Of a DNA stretch of 64,000 nucleotides, positions 37,242 through 48,360 are shown in pieces (position 1 is the first letter of the stretch; each line of letters starts with the position of its first letter). The DNA lies in contig OX597820.1 in the NCBI GenBank assembly GCA_951406725.2, positions 13,516,001 through 13,580,000 of the forward strand, in the 5' to 3' direction. The position numbers and the translations under genes were made by a program. Under the pieces are notes generated by a model. That model was not told where the DNA came from, ran no database searches, and saw only the letters and a program-made list of their open reading frames with translations. Source of the stretch: Octopus vulgaris (lineage: Eukaryota).

Positions 37242-37618
37242 CATTACCGTCAGAAATTAATTAGCACCCTTGATTTGCTCTTCACTCAAGGTATGTGCTG
37301 TCACCTAGTGGCCATATCTCGAACTATTGCTTTGTTGCGAGTTCACTGTTGCGCAGAACGATGACGTAACTTTGTTTGCAGAGCAGTTTGAGAGTCTACA
37401 GCCTTATGATGTTGACATAGCAGTGCAACAAATTGGAGTGCCGATGCAGACAAATCTTCCTTTGTTTAATAGATATAGGTAGCGCCTCGCAAGGACCGAA
37501 ATCACACCATACTAAGTTTTCTCATCGCGTAAGACGTTTTGAACAGCTCATAGGTTAATTGATTTAACCTATTTAATGTAGAAATTTGAGAAGTGCTAAT
37601 TAATTTCTGACGCAAGTG
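37242..37618. mobile_element. Tc1/mariner-type MITE
   Basis: TIRs CAttacCGTCAGAAATTAATTAGCAC / GTGCTAATTAATTTCTGACGcaagTG with TA flanks. Confidence 0.75.
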
Positions 37619-37630
37619 TATATATATACT

Positions 37631-37668
<38 letters not shown>

Positions 37669-37749
37669 CATATATATATATATACTTACATATACATATA
37701 TATACTTACATATACATATATATACTTACATATACATATATATATATAC

Positions 37750-37790
<41 letters not shown>

Positions 37791-37829
37791 TATACATATA
37801 TATATATATACATATATATACATATATAG

Positions 37830-37869
<40 letters not shown>

Positions 37870-37907
37870 GCATATATATACATATATATATACATACATA
37901 TATATAT

Positions 37908-37948
<41 letters not shown>

Positions 37949-38148
37949 CACCAGACTGACTCAGAAACATGTCTCTGGGTGCAGGCCTGGCTGTTAGGGG
38001 TGCTTGTCTTCCCTTTGTAAACATAAGGACACAGGAAATGTGTCAAAGCCGACCAGAAGCGTTGATGCTTCCTAGGGCTAAATAGCAGTGATGTGATTCC
38101 CTTTATGGGACTGTCACGTTAAGTCTCTTCTACTATATATATATATAT

Positions 38149-38204
<56 letters not shown>

Positions 38205-38217
38205 TATGCATATATAT

Positions 38218-38281
<64 letters not shown>

Positions 38282-38291
38282 GCATATATAC

Positions 38292-38322
<31 letters not shown>

Positions 38323-38329
38323 CGCATAC

Positions 38330-38366
<37 letters not shown>

Positions 38367-38410
38367 CCATATATATGCATATATACATGTATATATATAC
38401 ATATATATAT

Positions 38411-38442
<32 letters not shown>

Positions 38443-38444
38443 GA

Positions 38445-38860
38445 TATCTATATTTCAGCTCACGAGCTGTGGCCATGCTGGGGCACCGCCATTTGGTGTT
38501 GCTACATGGTTTTACTTCACGAATGCTTTTTAGCAACTGCCATTTGGTGCATGAGAGAGTTCGATGCAGCTGCCCTCATCTGCACCTCCTGCCGTGAAGT
38601 TGGTTCATCCGGGACACCTGACAGGAAGAGATCCAGTCCTACTTTAAAAACATCCGCATCTACACCATGCAGGTCCCTCAGGTTCTTCGGGAGGATATTG
38701 AAGAGCTGTGGGCCTCTGAAGCCCAGGCTATCACAGTATCTTGTCCTACATCTTGATGGCAAATTTGGAGTCCTTGGTACCACACAGTGGCGCCCGGTTC
38801 TGGCATTTGTGTGAGTCTCGATGCCAAAGTTTGGGACAAGTCCTTCCAGGATCTTCCAGA
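38445..38860 (-). mobile_element. 5'-truncated CR1-like LINE 3' end inside (TA)n
   Basis: [56 protein letters not shown], plus a short 3' UTR. Confidence 0.85.
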
Positions 38861-38893
38861 TATATACATATATATATACACACACGCACACAC

Positions 38894-38950
<57 letters not shown>

Positions 38951-39021
38951 CATATATATACATATATATATATGCATATATACATGTATATATATACATA
39001 TATATATACACACACGCACAC

Positions 39022-39080
<59 letters not shown>

Positions 39081-39527
39081 GTAGAAGAGGGTTAGCGTCA
39101 GAGACAGAGTAATTATATGGTTAAATGTTCTTTAGTTGTACTGAGAATAACCTTTTTTTTTATGCCAACCGACTAATAACAGGGCCCCATAAAAGCCAAA
39201 CGAATCAGATATAATACATAAAATGCGATAATATACACAATGCAACTAATACGAAGGGACACTTAAAAGTAAGTTCCTGCCGCATATTGGACTAAATATA
39301 AACTCTATCTCCATATATAGATGTCTAGATATGTGTGTATGGTGGAGTGTATGTGTCAATACGTAACATAATTTTATTTTCCAGTGTCACTTTGAATTAG
39401 CATCATATACCAGTATTTCACTTGGCATTATATATCTGTGTTTCTGAGTGTGTGTATGTGTTTATGTATATGTGTGTACGCATGAGTGTGTCGGTGTTTG
39501 TGTTTCATGTATATATATATATATTTT

Positions 39528-39613
<86 letters not shown>

Positions 39614-39804
39614 CATATATATGTATGTATAGATATATATGTATATATATATATATATATCATACATATATGTATGTATAGATATATATGTATATATATA
39701 TATATATATACATATATGTATGTATGTATAGATATATACGTATATAATATATATACATACATATATGTATGTATAGATATATATGTATATATATATATAT
39801 ATAC

Positions 39805-40110
39805 ATCCTAATCCTTAAATCCTTAAAAATGTTTTAGCCCGAATATGCTGGGGCACCACCGCTGAATGAGCCACACTAGTTTGTGAATCCACCTCTGATA
39901 CGTGGCACTTGATCAAGAAGGGAGTTCGATGCTGTGCCCGCATCCGTGTCTCCTGTCGTGAGGTAGGTTCATCTGGGACTCCCAACAAGAAGAGATCCAG
40001 TTTAGTTTTAAAAAACACATCCACACCATGTAAGTCTCTCAGGCATTTAGGGAGGATGTTGAAAAGCTGTGGTCCTCTGAAACCAAGCTGTTGCAGTATC
40101 TGGACCTGTA
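39805..40110 (-). mobile_element. 5'-truncated CR1-like LINE 3' end inside (TA)n
   Basis: [35 protein letters not shown]; ends in short TAAGGAT repeats. Confidence 0.8.
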
Positions 40111-40474
40111 TTATATGTATGTATGTATAGATATATACGTATATATATATATATACATACATATATGTATGTATAGATATATATGATATATAGATATATA
40201 CGTATATATATATATATACATACATATATGTATGTATAGATATATATGTATATATATATATATATACATACATATATGTATGTATGTATAGATATATACG
40301 TATATATATATATATATACATATATATGTATGTATGTATAGATATATACGTATATATATATATATATACATACATATATGTATGTATGTATAGATATATA
40401 CGTATATATATATACACATACATATATGCATATATGTATGTACTTATATATAAATGTATACATACACAAACATG

Positions 40475-40523
<49 letters not shown>

Positions 40524-40736
40524 TCACTCACATTTACATATGTACTTCTGTAGGTTAAATCTATTTTAACTATTGTCGATCAATAACTGAAAAGATAAAA
40601 CACTAAACCGTATAATTGGGGCCTGTTTATTGTACTGTATCCTTGCACACTCTTACTTTGACCTTGAAATTCCTTTTTTAATTAAAGATTTCACTACTGT
40701 TCATGTTTTGCCTACATACACACACGCACACATACA

Positions 40737-40767
<31 letters not shown>

Positions 40768-41012
40768 TATATGTTAATAAAATATATGCATATATATAAA
40801 CATATATGTACGTACCTACCTCTACATGTACATATACACGCATATATGTGTACAGGACACCAAAAGGACGTCGAACACATAGAGAGACGAAAAACATAGA
40901 CACAAACCAAGGAACAAGACAAGCAAAAAAATATATTAATAGCGTTCAGTAAATCACTATACATATCTATCATTTTCTGTTAATATGTCTTATTAACGAG
41001 TTTCATTTCTTC

Positions 41013-41100
41013 ACTTCCCTGAAGAGAAGATTAGATTGTTTTACACCATTTATTCCTTTGGAATAATATCAGTGAAATCTTCGGAACATGTGTCGGAAGT
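41013..41100 (+). ncRNA. Hammerhead ribozyme with a core mutation (GGAA for GAAA)
   Basis: ACTTCC-CTGAAGA-GAAGATT...AATCTTC-GGAAC-ATGT-GTC-GGAAGT: perfect 6-bp stem I and 7-bp stem II. Confidence 0.7.
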
Positions 41101-41169
41101 AAAAGTATTTGAATTATATCTGCGTAAACTCCATTTATATATATATATACATATATGTATATATATATA

Positions 41170-41567
41170 CTAGCAGTATCGCCCGGCGTTGCTCGGGTTT
41201 GTAAGGGAAATAACTATATAAGCATTTTTAGAGAGTTATAGCAAAAAAATGCATTAAAAATGCATTAAAAATGGAAAACAAATGATGTTAAATTTTTTTT
41301 AAATCGTTGACTCATCGTAGACATTTTTAGAGAGTTACTTCCTTTATATAATAGCGAAAAAATGCATTAAAATGGAAAAAAAATTATGGTAATTTTTTTT
41401 TTAAATCGTAGACTCATCGTAGACGCGCGCTAATACCCAGAAGGGCTCGATATGAATCACGACTATAAGATACCCGGTTTTGGTTAAACTACACCGCAAA
41501 ATGTGGGAGTAGTTAGGAATCTAATTCGTAGGAGACAGACACACAACTTATCTTTTATATATAAAGA
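41170..41567 (-). mobile_element. Non-autonomous Helitron (same family as 31801-32200)
   Basis: Same TC..hairpin..CTAG termini at an A|T target. Confidence 0.8.
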
Positions 41568-42143
41568 TATATCATACATACATACACAGGTGGGCTAAAT
41601 AGGCATACAGTTTTTTGATAAGAGTGGAATGTTCATTTCATCTCTCTATTTGTTTTTTAAAGCCTAAGTAATTCACATATCGACTGAGACATCTTCATGA
41701 GATGCCTAGTTTACCGGGAGTCCTCTTTTCTCTTATTTCTGGGGACTTTGAGTGAACGTTTGATGCACAAGCATTTCATTTTCTTCAATGGTAACAATGA
41801 CCGGTCAACCAGTTTCCTGTGCCTTGCAGATGGACCAAATCTGCTCAAATTTGTTACGTATTCTGTAACTAGTCTTTGAAATTCTTCAGTTCATTTCCAT
41901 CTAACCATTTCTGCATTCTCCGTTTTCCAGTACTGCTTGATTATCCACTTTCGTTCATCGTTGATTAAATTTCCAGCCATGTAATAAATATCTGAAATTA
42001 GAAATAATTATTTTATTATAGAAAAAAATATGTAAAAAGGGGGCTAAAAAAGGTAATGACATTGTCCTAATCAGGACTGCTAAATTACGTTGTACTGTTA
42101 CTACTTATTTCTCGCTCAGAGATTTAAAACTAATTATTTTCCT

Positions 42144-42199
<56 letters not shown>

Positions 42200-42205
<6 letters not shown>

Positions 42206-42694
42206 ATTCGAGACAAAACCACTATTTTAAAACCAAACAAGAAAAGACTTAATCAATACATAAAATTTTAATATAAATTTATTTATATATTTTTTCTGTA
42301 CTTGTTTCAGTCATTTGACTGCGGCCATGCTGGAGCACCGCCTTTTTTAGAGTGGTGAAAGAGTACAGCAGGGATCACCACCTCCTGCCGGAGCCTCGTG
42401 GAGCTTTTAGGTGTTTTCGCTCAATAAACACACACAACGCCCGGTCTGGGAATCGAAACCGCGATCCTCCGACCGCAAGTCCGCTGCCCTAACCACTAGG
42501 CCATTGCGCCTCCACATATATATATATTTAATTTATATTAAAATTTTATGCATTGATTAAGTCTTTTCTTGTTTGGTTTTAAAATAGTGGTTTTGTCTCG
42601 AATTATATTATATAATATTTTACTATAAAATTGGATTTAACCCTAAATCTGATTTTTCCCTGTAATTTTGGATTCATTCCCTAATATTTATTAT

Positions 42695-42695
<1 letters not shown>
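42200..42695. repeat. Fold-back element of the same family as 51527-51930, centre replaced by SINE pieces
   Basis: Arms ~42200-42280 and ~42530-42610; right extension TAAAATTGGATTTAA..CCCTAATATTT shared with 51855-51930. Confidence 0.8.
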
Positions 42696-42726
<31 letters not shown>

Positions 42727-42748
42727 CTATTCTAAAGTTCGGTATGAG

Positions 42749-42794
<46 letters not shown>

Positions 42795-42798
<4 letters not shown>

Positions 42799-43415
42799 CA
42801 ATAATAATAAAGGGTAAAGTTAATTAATTAACTAGTAATTAATAATTCCACCAAGTAGTATTCGGCATGTTAAAAGGACCATTTATCGGTAAACTTAAAC
42901 AATATTTTATAATTATGAGTATAAATATAATTAAGGTTCAGCAAAAATTTGCTTTACCTTATACCGAACTTTAGAAATAGCAGCCAAAGAACCGTAGCTA
43001 TTTCTTCTACTATAAGAAGAAACTCCCGGTCAACAAAATACTCAAAATAAACCACGTAGACAGAGAGGAAAAATAACGAAATTCGCTCGGTATTTGATTA
43101 GCTGTGGACACGTTTCGTGGAATCGTGGAATCCTGTGCTGAGGAGGAAAATGTTTGGGTGAAGTATGATTTTTACATTCTTCATACCGATCTAATTCCGA
43201 AACGCGTCCACAGGTAATCAAATACCGAGCGAATTTCGTTATTTTTCCTCTCTGTCTACGTGGTTTATTTTGAGTATTTTGTTGACCGGGAGTTTCTTCT
43301 TATAGTAGAAGAAATAGCTACGGTTCTTTGGCTGCTATTTCTAAAGTTCGGTATGAGGTAAAGCAAATTTTTGCTGAACCCTAATTATAATTATACTCAT
43401 AATTATAAAATATCG
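42795..43415. repeat. Fold-back pLTR pair upstream of the Penelope ORF
   Basis: Arms ~42903-43118 and ~43198-43413; ~105-bp unpaired left extension next to (TA)n. Confidence 0.9.
43132..43214 (+). ncRNA. Hammerhead ribozyme in PLE pLTR
   Basis: CCTGTG-CTGAGGA-GGAA...TTCC-GAAAC-GC-GTC-CACAGG. Confidence 0.82.
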
Positions 43416-43416
43416 T

Positions 43417-44950
43417 TATACACCGCCTGAGTAACTTCCTAGACATCCTTTTGAAACCTTTCCTTATCTACATCAAAAGTTTCATTAGGGATGATCTGGA
43501 CATGCTCAAACACCTCCCGAAAACAGTTAACGAGGAGGCGCTCCTGGTATCCTTTGATGTCATCAACCTCTACACCAACATCCCACATGAATATGGTATT
43601 GAGGCAATTGATTTCTGGCTAGAAAAACACCCAGAGACATTCCCTGACCGCATTCACAAGACCTTTATTACGTAATCACTCAAGTTCATTCTGACAAACA
43701 ATTTTTTCCTCTTCGACAACACACACTACCGTCAAAAATGTGGTATTGCGATGGGTACCAAGGCTGCACCAGTCCTTGCGAACCTCATAATGGGTTTCTT
43801 CGAACTATCACTCTATGAAATATCACGCCAGAAATTTGGACATGTTTTCCATACCTACCTAATGGGAAACTGGAAAAGGTATTTGGATGATTGCTTCATC
43901 ATATGGAAAGAACCTTATGAAAAACTTCTGGAATTCAAAACCATACTGAACAACATACATCCCAACATCCAATTCACTATGGAATTAAGCAAACATCCTC
44001 TCCCTTTCCTTGATCTCCTAATTATAAAAACACCTAAGAACTAAATCATAACAGACATCTACCACAAACCTACAGACTCACAACAATACCTCCTCTTTAG
44101 TTCATGCCACCCAAAACACACCAAGACAAATATCCCTTTCAATTAGCTAAAAGGGTATTCACCACAGTCTCGGATCCAAAAACACAAGAAATACGCCTTC
44201 AAGACCTCAAAAAAACACTATTACAACGCCAATATCCCTCCACCCTTATAGAGTATGGAATAAAACGCGCCAAAGAACTAGACAGCATTACACTGAAAAC
44301 CACCCAACCTAACACCACACACAACCCCAAAATACTTCCATACATTTCCACCCACAACCCCAAAAATATCGAAGCATACACCACAATCATACAAAACCTC
44401 AGTCTACTGTCAACAGACCCAAAAATGAAAAACATTATAAATACACACAAAATCCTCAAATGTAAAAGGCAACACAAATCTTTAAAAAACTCTTGACAAA
44501 TGCCAAACTTCACACACCACATCCACCCCCAGCAGTAAAAAAATGTGCACGCCCAAACTGTGGCACCTGCCCCTTCCTACTTGAAGGCTCTGAATTTATC
44601 TTCAAACAAGGAACGAAGTTTAAAATCAAGACTAACTTCTCCTGTTCCTCCGAGAACCTTATCTACGTTCTCACATGCGCTGGTTGCCAACATAATTATG
44701 TTGGACAAACGAGTCTCCCGTTACGTAAACGAGTAGCGGTGCCGAAAGAACAAAAAAATCTCCCGGAATACCCACAAATTCCACTGAGTGACCCACATAG
44801 ACTCATACGCTAAAGACATAAATCCCAAATTCTACATATTCCCCTTCTACCAATGTAAAGACGGGATCACCACACAGGAGAGAATTAACAAGGAGAATCT
44901 CTTTATTGAAAAATTCAAAACGCAACTTAATATGCAAACTCCTCGTTGAT
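43417..44950 (+). pseudogene. Penelope-like element RT + GIY-YIG endonuclease (5' truncated, disrupted)
   Basis: LVSFDVINLYTNIP, GIAMGTKAAP, WKRYLDD, LPFLD, linker CARPNCGTC, NLIYVLTCAGCQHNYVGQT; several stops and frameshifts. Confidence 0.92.
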
Positions 44951-45815
44951 CATACTTCCTCTTTCTACCTCATTCTTCATGGATGGACTAACACAAATAT
45001 ATAAGGATACCATGCATTCATCACTTCAAGCTAAAACTTATACTCTTTAAATATCATTATTATTATTGTTGTTATTATTATCATTTTTATTATATATGAC
45101 ATAACAATCTGAAATGTAAATATAAATTGGTTTATGCAAATTTATATAATTAGAAAATGATATAAATAAAGTGTTAAAATCTGAATGTTAAGTTAGCAAA
45201 CAATTATATAAAAAAGATAATGCAAATGAAGCTAATGTGATTATTTTATAATTTAAGGTTTATTAACACCCTTTATTACAAAACATTGATTAACACAAAT
45301 TGAAGAGCTCAAAACCCATAGAGTTGTCTCCCCTTATTCACAACACAGGAACTGAAGAACTACTACTACTACTACTTTCTGTTTTGCCAACACCCTTAAT
45401 TAAACTAAACAACACATGATTTTAATCCCATTGGATCCTAATACTTCAAGGTAATTTTTTCGTGAACAATCATTAAACTCAAGATACACAAAGACTTCAC
45501 AATGTATCGGAGTACTTATTTCTTAATTTTTGTATATATTTATTATTATTTTTTTGCAAAAAACAATGTAATTTTCTTTTTTCCCCCTTCTCATTTAAAA
45601 AAAAAATTTTCCTTTACAACTCTTGAAAAGTCACATTATGACGAAAACCGGTTTGAATTAATATATATTTATATATTTTATCAATTTTTCAAAAACTTTT
45701 TCCATACACCCATTTTCATTAAAATTTTCTTTCAATTTAGCATTCTGCCTTTTTACAATTTTTCCTTGCTTATCATTTCTCCACGTGCGGTCAACACAAC
45801 CCCACCATTTATTGA
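43417..45815 (+). mobile_element. Penelope-like retroelement body with AT-rich 3' region
   Basis: ORF above, plus a degenerate hammerhead TTGAAAA-GTCA..TGAC-GAAA-ACCGGT at ~45621-45656. Confidence 0.75.
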
Positions 45816-45849
45816 TCTATATATATATATATCTTTTTCTGTTATTCTG

Positions 45850-46240
45850 TTACTTGTTTCAGTCATTTGACTGCGGCCATGCTGGAGCACCGCCTTTAAT
45901 CGAGCAATTCGACCCCGGGACTTATTCTTTGTAAGCCCAGTACTTATTCTATCGGTCTCTTTTTTGCCGAACCGCTAAGTGACGGGGACGCAAACACACC
46001 AGCATCGGTTGTCAAGCGATGCTAGGGGGACAAACACAGACACACAAACACACACATATATATATATACATATATACGACAGGCTTCTTTCAGTTTCCGT
46101 CTACCAAATCCACTCACAAGGCATTGGTCAGCCCGGGGCTATAGCAGAAGACACTTGCCCAAGATGCCACGCAGTGGGACTGAACCCGGGACCATGTGGT
46201 TGGTTAGCAAGCTACTTACCACACAGCCATTCCTGCGCCT
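45850..46240 (-). mobile_element. Full-length CORE-type SINE
   Basis: Complete reverse-complement copy. Confidence 0.85.
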
Positions 46241-46499
46241 ATATATATTGCAAATAAATGGAAAATGGAGAAAACCACAGTTTAATCTTTGGTTTACACC
46301 ATTTTCTCATTATTTGCATTGATTCCTGATAAACTCTTGTTTATCCTGTTGTTACCTGCACTCTATGTGTATGATGTGCCTGCACACCAATGTCCGGGGA
46401 TAACACAGGTAACGGATACCGATAGTATATACGAATATTTTATCCCTTAGTCGGTTACTATAACCGCCAACTCTGTTTACATATGTATATATATATATA

Positions 46500-46753
46500 T
46501 TATAATTTAAGGTATCTAAGAGATACCATCACGCTGGAAATAGCAGTCAAAACTTGACTCTAAAACCACATTAAATGTTCGTGCTGTATGAACATTTAAT
46601 GTGGTTTTAGAGTCATGTTTTGACTTTATTTCCAGCGTGGAGGTATCTCTTAGATACCCTAAATTATAATTTTAAGTAATTATTACCTTTGAAAGGTTTT
46701 TATTCTCATGCTGGCCACCTGATAAGATCGGTATTTAAATATCGATTTTACCC
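46500..46753. repeat. 170-bp fold-back (46500-46669) with ~85-bp right extension, flanked by (TA)n
   Basis: Arms TTATAATTTA.GGTATCTAAGAGATACC..AACCACATTAAATGTTC; contains ACGCTGGAAATAGCAGTCAAA. Confidence 0.85.
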
Positions 46754-46783
46754 TATATATATATATATATAATCTCCAAACCT

Positions 46784-46832
<49 letters not shown>

Positions 46833-47042
46833 GAACTTCTTGCAGTTTCTGTCAACAAAATCCACTCACAAGGCTTTGGTGGGTCCGAGGCCATAGTAGA
46901 AGATATTGGACCATGTGAACCTACGACCATGTGGTTGGGATCAAGGTTCTTAAAACTCTTTTTGTATCTGACCCTTATGGTGAAACTCAGGTGGATTTAC
47001 TCTTTGATAACAAGTCGCCACCTGTGATCTCAGCCATTCAAG

Positions 47043-47043
<1 letters not shown>

Positions 47044-47083
<40 letters not shown>

Positions 47084-47109
47084 ACATATATATATGTGTG
47101 TGTGTGTAT

Positions 47110-47140
<31 letters not shown>

Positions 47141-47211
47141 ATTATATATGTATATATATATATGTGTGTGTGTATTATATATGTATATATATATATGTAT
47201 ATATATATATG

Positions 47212-47292
<81 letters not shown>

Positions 47293-47621
47293 GTATATGT
47301 ATATATATATATGTATGTATATATGTATGTATATATATGTATATATATGTATATATATATGTATATATATATGTATATATATGTATATATATATGTATAT
47401 ATATGTATATATATGTATGTATATATATATGTATATATGTATGTATATGTATATATATATGTATGTATATGTATGTATATATATGTATATATATATGTAT
47501 GTATATATATATGTATGTATATATGTATGTATATATATATATATGTATATATATATGTATGTATATATATGTATATACATGTATGTATATATATGTATAT
47601 ATATATGTATGTATATATATG

Positions 47622-47660
<39 letters not shown>

Positions 47661-47767
47661 GTATATATATATGTATGTATATATATATGTATGTATATAT
47701 ATGTATATATATATGTATGTATATATATGTATATATATATGTATGTATATGTATGTATATATATGTG

Positions 47768-47804
<37 letters not shown>

Positions 47805-47911
47805 GTATATATATATGTATGTATATATATATATGTATATATATATATGTATATATATATGTATGTATATATATATGTATGTATATATATATATATGTAT
47901 GTATATATATG

Positions 47912-47946
<35 letters not shown>

Positions 47947-48151
47947 GTATATATATGTATATATATATGTATGTATATATATGTATATATATATATGTAT
48001 ATATGTATGTATATATATATATGTGTATATATATGTATATATATATGTATGTATATATATATGTATATATATGTATATATATGTATGTATATATATATGT
48101 ATGTATATATATGTGTATATATATGTATATATATATGTATGTATATATATG

Positions 48152-48219
<68 letters not shown>

Positions 48220-48289
48220 TATGTATGTATATATATGTATATATATATGTATGTATATATATGTATATATATATGTATGTATATATATG

Positions 48290-48356
<67 letters not shown>

Positions 48357-48360
48357 GTAT
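47044..48360. repeat. 1.3-kb (TA)n/(TATG)n microsatellite
   Basis: Direct reading; source of the spurious 420-480 aa ORFs. Confidence 0.97.

Noticed and set aside
46248-46470. Small hairpins with CTGATAA
   Set aside because: Could not build a hammerhead core; at most a decayed pLTR.
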